Numbered from the stretch's first letter, positions 49,961 to 59,252 are shown. The stretch: DNA of 64,000 nt from Clostridiaceae bacterium (GCA_012519085.1 JAAYQX010000061.1:3987-67986); one strand, 5' to 3'. Numbers and translations are program-made. Notes: generated by a model from the sequence alone, not told the origin.

Positions 49961-51394
49961 ATGATCCGCACTTTGGTTACTGCCCATATTAATTCGCTAG
50001 ATTTACATGAGCTGACAATTCAGATTAATGATCGCAGCTTGGGCTATTTGACTGCTCAAAAACAGCAGAACTATGTTGCTTCAACCAATCGGCGGGTTCA
50101 AATGATTTCCGGAATCAGGAGTGACCGTCTGGATCAGGAATCTATAGTTCAAAGCAGAGATATGCTGAGAAAATGGGCAGCAGTTTTTCGCGAACTGCAA
50201 ATCTATGGCCTGGATGTATTCCCTGCCATTTTGAAAAGAGAAACATTGCATGCTGATTTTATTTTCTTGATTTGTGATGAAATTGTGATCGCATTGGTGT
50301 CACGTTATCTTGGTCTATATCTGCATCGGAATGGCAGGCTTTATCGGCAGCAACCTGCTGTGATAGATGCAGCAGTGATCCCGAATAGTTTTATGCCTGC
50401 AGCTGATTATTATGCTTTTGTTCCTGCTGAAGGTGATATTCTGCTGGCGCTGGACCCTAATTTTGTAGATCTGTTTGAACCACAGGGACTGGAAGAGATT
50501 TTGTCAGATCCGCGCCAAATAACTGTTCAAATGTCTGAGCTAAATAATTTAGCTTCTGCCTATGGCTATTCTTCGGATCATACTTGGGTGGGCTTCAAGG
50601 TTACTAGAATAGAGCGTTCCTTGCATACAAATAAAACGAGGCTGCAAAAGATTCCTATGAGTAAGGAATATCTCTCTCGTGTTATTCCTATTTCAGGTAG
50701 CAATCACTTGGTGCTCGAAGGCCGACGTGCTACTACGAGTGACAATGAAGATAAAAAAGTTCATGTGCTTAGCGATTCATACTTCCCTCGTTTCTCCGGC
50801 TCACATCGCTTGGGCAGTAGCCGAAAGGAGCAAAAGCCATCAAAAATAAAGGCACAAGAATCTGATCCTAACTATGAAAGGCGTCCGTCAAGTGTATATG
50901 CGCAGATTGAACATGAGACGAATATAAGTTTCCTTGATCGCCTGAAGATACTGGAATTCAAACGCTGCAAACGACTGTGGAACAGTTTTATCTATCGACT
51001 TACGCATTTATTTCCATCTTCCAGACCACTATCCTTGCTGGCACTCATCTCGATAATTCTGGTAGTTTTAGTGATGTTGATTTTGTTATTTTCAAGCCTT
51101 AAAGGTGATAAGGTGAACCAACAAAATGAAGATGTGCCCAAAGTGTCACAACCACTTATAGATGCAGATGATAATGAAGTTATTGCGACAGATTTCGAGA
51201 TTAAATTAACTGTCAAGGCTCAAAGTATGCAAATCATGGCGGCGCCCGGCTCAACCGAACTGGTCGCAACTACAACCAGAGGTGATACGGTATGGCAGTT
51301 GACTAAAGAAGATAAGGACGGTTGGGTTATGGTACGGCTAGCAGATGGTCGAACGGGCTATGTGCCTTTGACAGTACTGCTACCGGGAGAGTAA
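49961..51394 (+). CDS. Hypothetical bitopic protein: N-terminal cytoplasmic domain (possibly PP2C-like and degenerate), one TM segment, and a C-terminal SH3b-like domain
   Basis: 477 aa. The TM segment is at residues 357-379 (LSLLALISIILVVLVMLILLFSS). The C-terminus TVWQLTKEDKDGWVMVRLADGRTGYVP is typical of bacterial SH3 domains. The N-terminal assignment is tentative (see findings). Confidence 0.6.
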   Translation: MIRTLVTAHINSLDLHELTIQINDRSLGYLTAQKQQNYVASTNRRVQMISGIRSDRLDQESIVQSRDMLRKWAAVFRELQIYGLDVFPAILKRETLHADFIFLICDEIVIALVSRYLGLYLHRNGRLYRQQPAVIDAAVIPNSFMPAADYYAFVPAEGDILLALDPNFVDLFEPQGLEEILSDPRQITVQMSELNNLASAYGYSSDHTWVGFKVTRIERSLHTNKTRLQKIPMSKEYLSRVIPISGSNHLVLEGRRATTSDNEDKKVHVLSDSYFPRFSGSHRLGSSRKEQKPSKIKAQESDPNYERRPSSVYAQIEHETNISFLDRLKILEFKRCKRLWNSFIYRLTHLFPSSRPLSLLALISIILVVLVMLILLFSSLKGDKVNQQNEDVPKVSQPLIDADDNEVIATDFEIKLTVKAQSMQIMAAPGSTELVATTTRGDTVWQLTKEDKDGWVMVRLADGRTGYVPLTVLLPGE

Positions 51395-51442
51395 ATTTAC
51401 TTGCGGGCTCTGTCAGATATAATCATCTTATCTTTCTTGTTC

Positions 51443-51471
51443 TTTACAAAAAAAGTCGCCTATTGTAATAT
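51443..51471 (+). promoter_or_regulatory. Sigma-A promoter of the tRNA-Gly/tRNA-Arg transcription unit
   Basis: TTTACA (51443-51448), a 17-nt spacer, then TAATAT (51466-51471), 24 nt upstream of the tRNA-Gly 5' end. Confidence 0.55.
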
Positions 51472-51495
51472 GACTGAGCGGAATTCCGGCTAACT

Positions 51496-51569
51496 GCGGG
51501 TGTAGTTTAGTGGTAGAACATCAGCCTTCCAAGCTGATCGTGAGAGTTCGATTCTCTTCACCCGCTCCA
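51496..51569 (+). tRNA. tRNA-Gly (anticodon UCC)
   Basis: GCGGGTGTAGTTTAGTGGTAGAACATCAGCCTTCCAAGCTGATCGTGAGAGTTCGATTCTCTTCACCCGCTCCA. Complete cloverleaf with anticodon loop CTTCCAA and an encoded CCA. Confidence 0.95.
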
Positions 51570-51588
51570 AAAGGCCGGAATTCCATAT

Positions 51589-51665
51589 GGGCGTATAGCT
51601 CAGCTGGATAGAGCAACAGCCTTCTAAGCTGTGGGTCGCAGGTTCGAATCCTGCTACGCTCGCCA
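51589..51665 (+). tRNA. tRNA-Arg (anticodon UCU)
   Basis: GGGCGTATAGCTCAGCTGGATAGAGCAACAGCCTTCTAAGCTGTGGGTCGCAGGTTCGAATCCTGCTACGCTCGCCA. Complete cloverleaf with anticodon loop CTTCTAA and an encoded CCA. Confidence 0.95.
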
Positions 51666-51700
51666 ACAAGGGACCGTCTCCCGGGAGACGGTCCCTTGTT
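51665..51700. terminator. Perfect 16-bp palindromic hairpin between the tRNA operon and the convergent ald gene
   Basis: AACAAGGGACCGTCTC-CCGG-GAGACGGTCCCTTGTT. It starts at the last base of tRNA-Arg and ends 22 nt before the ald stop codon. There is no U-tract on either strand. Confidence 0.6.
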
Positions 51701-51722
51701 ATGTAGCATGGTATCGATATGC

Positions 51723-52886
51723 TTAACCGTTTTTGCGCACTTTAGATTGTAGAAGATAGATTTGCTTATTATTGATCAGTTCTTGAATATTCTTTAATTC
51801 ATAATTGAGATCTTCTGCTACGGGTTTGTACGTTACATAACCTTCTGCAGTGTTAATGCCTGAAGCTAATTCCGGGTATTTCCTACAAGCTTGCTTCCAG
51901 CCCAGATTAGCAATAGCCAGGGCATATCTGGTGGTCGCATTAGAAAGAGCTTGAGTTGATGTCCTAGGCACTGTACCGGGAATGTTTGCTACGAGATAGT
52001 GGACAATGCCATGCCTAATAAAAATTGGTGCATGATAATCAGCTTCTTTGTTGGCAGTCAATTCAGTTGAGCCTCCCTGATCGATAGCTACATCGACGAT
52101 GACGGAACCAGGCTCCATTGTTTGAACCATGGCTTCAGTTATTAACTGAGGTGCTTTATGACCGGGAATCAAGACAGAAGAGACAACCATGTCGGCATCT
52201 TTGACGACTTTAGCAATATTAAAACTGTTGGAGATCAATGTTTCAATTTTATCAATGAAAATATCTCCGACTTCTGCCAAGCGGTCAACATTAGTATCAA
52301 GCACAGTGACTCTGGCACCCATGCCGACTGCAATTCTGGTTGCAGCCGTACCGACAGTACCTGCACCAAGGATTACTACATGAGCAGGCGCAACACCCGG
52401 CACTCCCTGTAATACCATTCCCTTGCCACCACAAGGCTTTGTGAGCAGTCTAGCGCCTTCTTGAATTGCCATCCGCCCAGCTACCTCACTCATTGGTTTT
52501 AATAGCGGCAACGCAGATCCAACCTGAACTGTTTCAAAGGCAATAGCGACACATTTATTGTCAACCAGCTCTTTGGTCAGGTTGCTATCTGCGGCAAGAT
52601 GTAAATAAGCGTATACGATTAAGCCTTCGCGCAGATATTTATATTCTGAAGTAATAGGCTCCTTGACCTTATATATCATATCTGCTTTTGCCCAGACATC
52701 AGCCGCATCATCAAGTATAATCGCACCAGCTTCTATATACTCTTGGTCGGTAAAACCTGATTCTAAACCGGCACCGGTTTCAACCAAGACTGTATGACCT
52801 TCCAGCACGAATTGGTTTGCTGCTGCCGGGGTACAAGAAACACGACTTTCCTGGTCTTTGATTTCTTTTGGTACGCCAATTAGCAT
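51723..52886 (-). CDS. ald: Alanine dehydrogenase
   Basis: MLIGVPKEIKDQESRVS..., NAD motif VILGAGTVGTAA, and VDVAIDQGG. I prefer the ATG at 52886, which follows AAAGGGTG; the listed ORF starts at GTG 52895. Confidence 0.93.
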   Translation of the reverse strand: MLIGVPKEIKDQESRVSCTPAAANQFVLEGHTVLVETGAGLESGFTDQEYIEAGAIILDDAADVWAKADMIYKVKEPITSEYKYLREGLIVYAYLHLAADSNLTKELVDNKCVAIAFETVQVGSALPLLKPMSEVAGRMAIQEGARLLTKPCGGKGMVLQGVPGVAPAHVVILGAGTVGTAATRIAVGMGARVTVLDTNVDRLAEVGDIFIDKIETLISNSFNIAKVVKDADMVVSSVLIPGHKAPQLITEAMVQTMEPGSVIVDVAIDQGGSTELTANKEADYHAPIFIRHGIVHYLVANIPGTVPRTSTQALSNATTRYALAIANLGWKQACRKYPELASGINTAEGYVTYKPVAEDLNYELKNIQELINNKQIYLLQSKVRKNG

Positions 52887-53180
52887 AATAATCACCCTTT
52901 GCTTACTTTTGTTAATTGAAAACCATTTTATGGCATGATAACACGAAAAACCAAAAGTGTAATGTAAATTCTTAATTATCTATAGATTTTTTCATCCAAA
53001 TATAGTAGAAAAAACAATTTTTGCAATCAGAGCGTAATTTATTTATACTTCCTATGGTGTATAATAGTCTGGATAGATACTGTAATTGCAGTGTTTTCGG
53101 GGTTTTAGAGAAGAGCGTACCCACTCGTCACAATTACCAGCATAAATCTATGAGAAGTTTTTGGAGGGAACTGAAGATCA

Positions 53181-55166
53181 ATGGTCAGAGCAAGAGAGTA
53201 TGGCAATGAAAGCATCAGTGCGTTAAAAGGTCCAGACCGAGTTCGGAAAAGACCATCTGTAATATTTGGCTCAGACGATCTCAGTGGTACGGAACAGTCA
53301 TTTTTTGAGATTCTGTCTAACTCCATTGACGAAGCAAGGGAGGGTTTCGGCGATCTGATTACTGTGACCCGTTATGTCGATCACAGTATTAAAGTGGAAG
53401 ATGAAGGTCGTGGATTGCCGGTAGATTATAATCCGCGCGAGAAACGATATAATTGGGAGCTGGTATATTGTGAATTGTACGCTGGAGGTAAATATCGGAC
53501 AAACGAAGGGTTTCATTATGAGTACAGCCTGGGCCTGAATGGTTTGGGGGCCTGTGCAACACAATATGCTTCCGAGTTTTTTGACGTGATATCTGTGCGT
53601 GATGGTTATCGATATGAGCTACACTTTGAAAAAGGTGAAAACATCGGCGGTTTAATGAAAACTGCAACTAATAGCAGGCGTACGGGCACAATTCAACATT
53701 GGAAACCTGACTTGGATGTTTTTACTGAGATAGAGATTCCTGCTCAGAACTTTCATACTATTTTAAAACGCCAGGCAATTATCAACGCAGGCATACGTTT
53801 TCGATTTGATGATAAATTAAGCGGAGAAAGCATTGATTTCTTCTATCCGGAAGGGATTCTAGGTTATGTCAAAGAACTGGACCAAGGGAAAGGCATATCT
53901 GAACCGTTCTTTTTCGAAGGAGAAGGAATGGGTAAAGACAGGTCAGACAAACCGGAGTACAAAGTTCTGGCTCAATGTGCTTTTTGTTTTAATAATGAAG
54001 TAGATAAATGCGAGTTTTTTCATAATTCCAGCTGGCTGGAGTATGGCGGATCACCCGAAAAAGCCTTGCGCTCCGCGATGGTTGCAGAGATTGATAGCCT
54101 ATTGAAAAGTGAAAATAAATATAAAGCCAATGAAAGCAAAATTACTTTTACTGACATTGAGGATAGTCTAATTTGGATTTCAAGTTCATTCTCAACTCTT
54201 ACAAGTTATGAGAATCAGACAAAAAAATCAATTAGCAACAAATTTGTCCAAGAATTTATGACTGACCTGATCAGAGAACAATTGGAGATCTGGTTTATTG
54301 AACATAAAGCAGAGGCTCTAAAAATTTTGGATCAAGTGCTCATTAACAAGCGCAGTCGAGAGAATGCGGAAAGGACGAGATTAGATGTGAGGAGAAAGTT
54401 GATGGGCAACATCGACTTTCAGAATCGCATAAAGAACTTTGTAGATTGCAGAACTCGAGATGTCGAACGCAGAGAGCTCTATATTGTCGAGGGTAACTCG
54501 GCCTTGGGATCTGTTAAGATGGCACGTGATGCAGAGTATCAGGCGGTTATACCTATTCGCGGTAAGATTTTAAACTGTTTGAAGGCTGATTATAAGACTA
54601 TATTTAATAGTGAAATAATTACTGATCTGATAAAAGTTTTAGGTTGTGGAGTTGAAATCAAATCCAAACATAGCAATAAGATGTCAAGCTTTGATTTGGA
54701 CAGTCTGCGCTGGAACAAGATCATAATCTGTACAGATGCCGATGTCGATGGTTTTCACATTAGAACAATGATTCTAGCTATGTTTTATCGATTGATGCCG
54801 ACTTTAATCAATGAAGGAAAAATATTTATTGCAGAATCTCCTCTGTTTGAAATCACGCATGTAGTCAAAAAGGTAGAGCGCACCTTGTTTGCGTATAGCG
54901 ATCTCGAAAAGAATGAAATTGTATCCGGTCTAAATGGCGGGAGCATTCATATACAGCGTTCCAAGGGATTAGGTGAAAATGAGCCGGATATGATGTGGCA
55001 AACTACAATGAATCCTGCAACCAGAAAATTGATTGAAATCTTGCCTACCGGCAGGGAAGAGTCGGCAGAAATATTTGACCTTTTGCTGGGTGATAATCTC
55101 GCAGGCAGAAAGCAGTATATCGAAGATTATGGCGAATCATATATGGATATGTTGGACTTGGCCTAA
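53181..55166 (+). CDS. parE: Type IIA topoisomerase subunit B (ParE/GyrB family, topo-IV-like, divergent)
   Basis: GHKL N-box EILSNSIDEA, G-box LGLNGLGA, TOPRIM ELYIVEGNSALGS and CTDADVDGFHI, and the tail QRSKGLGENEPDMMWQTTMNP. Length 661 aa. Confidence 0.85.
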   Translation: MVRAREYGNESISALKGPDRVRKRPSVIFGSDDLSGTEQSFFEILSNSIDEAREGFGDLITVTRYVDHSIKVEDEGRGLPVDYNPREKRYNWELVYCELYAGGKYRTNEGFHYEYSLGLNGLGACATQYASEFFDVISVRDGYRYELHFEKGENIGGLMKTATNSRRTGTIQHWKPDLDVFTEIEIPAQNFHTILKRQAIINAGIRFRFDDKLSGESIDFFYPEGILGYVKELDQGKGISEPFFFEGEGMGKDRSDKPEYKVLAQCAFCFNNEVDKCEFFHNSSWLEYGGSPEKALRSAMVAEIDSLLKSENKYKANESKITFTDIEDSLIWISSSFSTLTSYENQTKKSISNKFVQEFMTDLIREQLEIWFIEHKAEALKILDQVLINKRSRENAERTRLDVRRKLMGNIDFQNRIKNFVDCRTRDVERRELYIVEGNSALGSVKMARDAEYQAVIPIRGKILNCLKADYKTIFNSEIITDLIKVLGCGVEIKSKHSNKMSSFDLDSLRWNKIIICTDADVDGFHIRTMILAMFYRLMPTLINEGKIFIAESPLFEITHVVKKVERTLFAYSDLEKNEIVSGLNGGSIHIQRSKGLGENEPDMMWQTTMNPATRKLIEILPTGREESAEIFDLLLGDNLAGRKQYIEDYGESYMDMLDLA

Positions 55167-55179
55167 GACCGGAGGATAG

Positions 55180-57387
55180 ATGAACGATAGTTACAACGAG
55201 CATATTAGACAGCCGATCACAGATACCCTGTTGAACAATTTTATGCCATATGCCATGAGTGTTATTATCTCCAGGGCTATCCCGGAGATTGATGGTTTTA
55301 AGCCAGCGCATCGCAAATTGCTCTATACCATGTACCGGATGAAGTTGCTCAATTCACCGCGGGCAAAATCTGCAGATGTTGTCGGCCAAACGATGGCCTT
55401 GAATCCACATGGCGACCAGACTATTTACGAGACAATGGTCAGATTGACACGTGGTAATGCGGCTTTAATCCATCCTTGGATTGATTCTAAAGGCAATTTT
55501 GGCAAAGTCTACTCACGGGATATGCAATATGCAGCTGCACGCTATACTGAGGTAAGGCTTGATCCGAGTGCAAGTTTAATTCTTGACGGCTTGGAAAAAG
55601 ATGCGGTTGATTTCATAGATAATTATTCCGGCACTATGAAAGAACCGGTATTGCTGCCGGCTGCTTTCCCGACTATTTTGGTTAATGCTAATCAGGGGAT
55701 TGCGGTTGGTATGGCGAGCAATATCTGTTCTTTTAATCTTAAAGAAGTCTGCTTGACGACTGCGGCTTATATTAATAATCGTAAGCATGATCTGCTTGAG
55801 ACAATGCCTGCACCGGATTTTTCTACTGCCGGTGAGCTGACTTATGTTAAAGAACAGATGCGCAAAATTTATGAAACAGGCAGAGGCACATTTAAGCTGC
55901 GTGGGAAATGTAGAATTGATAAGAAAGCTAATTTAATTGAAATCTATGAGATACCGTATAATACTACGGTTGAAGCCATAATTGACGATATATCTGCCCA
56001 GTCCCGCAAGGGAAAGTTTCGTGAGATTATTGACGTTAGAGATGAGACTGATTTGAACGGTTTAAAAATTACTGTTAGCTACAAAAAAAATACTGATGTC
56101 AAGATGCTTATGTTAAAGCTTTTTGATCTAACCTCCCTAGAAACCAGTTTTTCCTGCAATTTCAATATTCTCGTCTCCGGTCGCCCTAAAACTATGGGTA
56201 TATATGAAATATTGGATCATTGGATCAGTTGGCGCCAAGATTGTGTCAGGCGCGAAGCCAATTTTGATCGTCAAAAGAAGGAAGAAAAGTTACATCTGTT
56301 AAAAGCTCTGGAATTGATCTTGCTGGATATTGATAAAGCGATTTCTTTGATCAGATTAACTAAAACTGAAAGCGAGGTCATACCGAATCTAATGTCCAAT
56401 TTTGGCATAGATAAGGTGCAGGCGGAATTTGTAGCTGAAATTAAGCTGCGCCATTTGAATCGGGAGTATATCCTGAGACGAATTGATGAAATTGCTGAAT
56501 TGGAAGCTGAAATCTATGAATTAAAAAGTCTGGCTGATAGTACTAGAAAAATCAACAGTCTGATCAGTACTCAATTACGCGATATTGCCAAAGATTACGG
56601 TCGCGAGAGACTAACGGTTCTGATTGAGCCGGAGGAAGTACCAGTTCTGAAAGAGGAAGATCTGATAGATGATTACAATATTAGGCTATTCCTTACCGAA
56701 GAAGGCTATTTTAAGAAAATGGCACTAACTTCTTTACGGGGTAATTTTGAATTAAAACTTAAAGAGGGAGACCGGATTGTCCAGGAAATAGAAACTACCA
56801 ATAAAGCAGAAATAATTTTTGTGACCGATAAAGCGCAAGTCTATAAAATTTTTGCCCATGATATTGAGGATCATAAACCATCCTTTATCGGAGATTACAC
56901 ACCAAATTTGCTGGAGTTGGATGAAGGAGAAACTGTAGTTGTAATGTATGCTACAGATAGTGAGTTCACAGGGCAAATGCTTTTTGTTTTTGAAGATCGC
57001 AGAGCAGTTCGAGTTGATGTCTCCGCATATGAAACTAAAAACAGACGCAGAAAAATTGTCAGCGCTTACTCTGATCATGCTCCGCTGGTAGGAGCTGCAT
57101 ATGTAGGTGTTGATGAAAACCCTGAATTTGGTGTTATAAATAACCAGGGTAAATTGTTGATATTCTCATCCTCCCAAGTGACTTATAAATCTACTCGCAC
57201 GGCTAGAGGCAGCTTTATTATGTCAGGCAGCAAGCTTGATAAGACAATCACAAATTTCTTAAACAGCGCTGAGTTGTCACAGTTGGAAGATCAGGACTAT
57301 TATAAAGTGAAAAAACTTCCCGGTTCGGGACGGTACATACGCGATAAGGCATTTGAGGATAAGCAAATCAGCCTGGAGAATCTGTGA
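55180..57387 (+). CDS. parC: Type IIA topoisomerase subunit A (ParC-like; no GyrA box seen)
   Basis: YAMSVIISRAIPEIDGFKPAHRKLLYTM, the QRDR-equivalent NPHGDQTIYETMVRL, and catalytic Tyr in AAARYTEVRL. Length 735 aa. I found no QRRGGKG-type GyrA box in the C-terminal domain. Confidence 0.85.
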   Translation: MNDSYNEHIRQPITDTLLNNFMPYAMSVIISRAIPEIDGFKPAHRKLLYTMYRMKLLNSPRAKSADVVGQTMALNPHGDQTIYETMVRLTRGNAALIHPWIDSKGNFGKVYSRDMQYAAARYTEVRLDPSASLILDGLEKDAVDFIDNYSGTMKEPVLLPAAFPTILVNANQGIAVGMASNICSFNLKEVCLTTAAYINNRKHDLLETMPAPDFSTAGELTYVKEQMRKIYETGRGTFKLRGKCRIDKKANLIEIYEIPYNTTVEAIIDDISAQSRKGKFREIIDVRDETDLNGLKITVSYKKNTDVKMLMLKLFDLTSLETSFSCNFNILVSGRPKTMGIYEILDHWISWRQDCVRREANFDRQKKEEKLHLLKALELILLDIDKAISLIRLTKTESEVIPNLMSNFGIDKVQAEFVAEIKLRHLNREYILRRIDEIAELEAEIYELKSLADSTRKINSLISTQLRDIAKDYGRERLTVLIEPEEVPVLKEEDLIDDYNIRLFLTEEGYFKKMALTSLRGNFELKLKEGDRIVQEIETTNKAEIIFVTDKAQVYKIFAHDIEDHKPSFIGDYTPNLLELDEGETVVVMYATDSEFTGQMLFVFEDRRAVRVDVSAYETKNRRRKIVSAYSDHAPLVGAAYVGVDENPEFGVINNQGKLLIFSSSQVTYKSTRTARGSFIMSGSKLDKTITNFLNSAELSQLEDQDYYKVKKLPGSGRYIRDKAFEDKQISLENL

Positions 57388-59252
57388 TGTCAAAGGAATG
57401 GATGCCACCGGGAGGACCTGACGTATACCGTAAGGTTAAAAGAAGCAGACTTCGTCTTCTGATTATTATCCTGTGTCTTTTTTCTGTTTCTATAGTTATA
57501 GCCATAGCTATCTGGCCCAAACAAGTTGTGCGTGATACCGATATATATCTGGAAGCCATAGAGGAAAAAGATTATACGTATTTAATGGAACTATATTCCG
57601 CCACTAGAGATTTGGCTTTTGATAATACTAAATCGAAAGCAGTCAGAGAGGCGAATTTGGCAGAGATGCATGTCATCGAAACGCATATTAAAGACAAGAC
57701 ATTATCCATTATTGAACAGATTAAAAAGAATAACCCCCTTTCCGCTGAAGATAAAAATTTTCTGTCACTAACAGGTATTGTTAGCACAGAACTGATAATT
57801 GAGTTCTTGGAAGAACAAGGTATCGAATTTGTTAAAGATAATATTACAGAGTCGGATTTTGCTGAACAACTGAATACTTTACAACAAATTGACCGTTTCC
57901 AATCAATAGTTGAGCCGATTATTGATTCTTTGGAAGCCATAAAACTTGTTCAAGACGATGTGAAACAGGCTGAACAATTCGCAAGTGACAAAAATTGGCC
58001 TATGGCATACAAACTGTGGAATAACTTATTACTGGAAGAAGTGCCGCTAGCAGTTGGTAAATATGTGGAGCATAGAAAAAACGAGGTTGAGCAGACAGTA
58101 TATGATGAGTATCATCAGAAAATATCCCAATACATCGAAAATGGTAGATATTATACTGCCAAAAAAGCACTGACAGAGGTTATGGTTTTCTTTCCGGACG
58201 ATCCTGAGTTTTTAAGCTGGTATAGTCAGGTTAGTTCGGCTACTGACTCTGTCCAAATTAGTTGGAACCGGGCTATAGAGCATATCACAATGAGGCCGAT
58301 TATTATTGATACTGCACGTGCTTTTGACAATGATATTTATGCCAAGCAGGCAGATTCTTTGATGATTACTGCCGATGAATTTAAAGCTATCTTAAGTCAG
58401 CTGCTGGCAAATGATTATATCTTAGTGCCTGGAGATAGCTTTATTTCTGAGAAGGGAAAATACACGCCAATTCTTATTCCTGAGGGCAAGAAGCCATTGG
58501 TTTTGGTCATTGAAAGTTTTGCATATTCCCCTTTAAGAGCAGAGAGTGGGACAGCTGAGTGTCTGGAGTTGACAGACCAAAATAAAATTGCCGGGGTGCT
58601 GACAGACCATATTACAGGCAGTAAAGAAATTCTTGAAGCCAATTCCGAAATAGGGTTACTCAATGCTTTCTGCCGAGAGCATCCTGAGTTTTCTTATGAT
58701 GGGGCAAAGGCCACGTTAGCGATTACTGCTAACCGCAGCATTTTTGGGCATGTATATTCCCAAACTTCGCTGGATAATTGGAATGAAGAGAGGAGACAGC
58801 TGAATCTTGCCCCCCTTGAGTTAAGTCAGGATGAATTAATGATTAATCGAGCTAAAATAAAAGAAATTGCAGATGAGTTGCGCATAGAAGGATATACTCT
58901 GGCCAGTAATACCTGGGGAGGAATAAATATTCCAAACAGTAACCTTGAAGCTATAGTTAAGGATTTAAAAAAATGGCAGGATGAGGTTGAGCCTCTAATT
59001 GGTAAAGTTAGAGTTTTGCATTATCCAAATGGTGATCATGTTTTTTCGGATTCCACAAGATTATCACTTTTGACTGATGCCGGCTTTTGCATTCTTTCAG
59101 GATATGGGGACAAAGCATATATGGTTTCCGGCAAAGGCCATGTGCATACTGATAAAGTCTATATAGGTGGCGACGAACTGAGAAAACCCCAAAGGCAAAA
59201 CCTTGGCCGTTTCTTTGATTCTGACACAATTTTGAGTAGTTCCCGGCCTTAA
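57387..59252 (+). CDS. Hypothetical membrane-anchored protein, possibly with a degenerate NodB/polysaccharide-deacetylase-like C-terminal domain
   Basis: ~621 aa with one N-terminal TM segment (LRLLIIILCLFSVSIVIAIAIW). The start ATG 57387 (or GTG 57384) overlaps the parC-like stop TGA at 57385-57387. The C-terminal half resembles NodB-domain proteins only in overall pattern. Confidence 0.55.
   Translation: MSKEWMPPGGPDVYRKVKRSRLRLLIIILCLFSVSIVIAIAIWPKQVVRDTDIYLEAIEEKDYTYLMELYSATRDLAFDNTKSKAVREANLAEMHVIETHIKDKTLSIIEQIKKNNPLSAEDKNFLSLTGIVSTELIIEFLEEQGIEFVKDNITESDFAEQLNTLQQIDRFQSIVEPIIDSLEAIKLVQDDVKQAEQFASDKNWPMAYKLWNNLLLEEVPLAVGKYVEHRKNEVEQTVYDEYHQKISQYIENGRYYTAKKALTEVMVFFPDDPEFLSWYSQVSSATDSVQISWNRAIEHITMRPIIIDTARAFDNDIYAKQADSLMITADEFKAILSQLLANDYILVPGDSFISEKGKYTPILIPEGKKPLVLVIESFAYSPLRAESGTAECLELTDQNKIAGVLTDHITGSKEILEANSEIGLLNAFCREHPEFSYDGAKATLAITANRSIFGHVYSQTSLDNWNEERRQLNLAPLELSQDELMINRAKIKEIADELRIEGYTLASNTWGGINIPNSNLEAIVKDLKKWQDEVEPLIGKVRVLHYPNGDHVFSDSTRLSLLTDAGFCILSGYGDKAYMVSGKGHVHTDKVYIGGDELRKPQRQNLGRFFDSDTILSSSRP

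Noticed and set aside
51521-51709. 62-aa minus-strand ORF.
   Set aside because: It is fully overlapped by tRNA-Gly, tRNA-Arg and the terminator palindrome.
52896-53180. The 285-bp ald/parE intergenic region, examined as a possible riboswitch or sRNA locus.
   Set aside because: I saw only AT-rich sequence with a perfect TATAAT (GGTGTATAAT) and no conserved-looking structured element or terminator. It is most simply explained as two divergent promoter regions.
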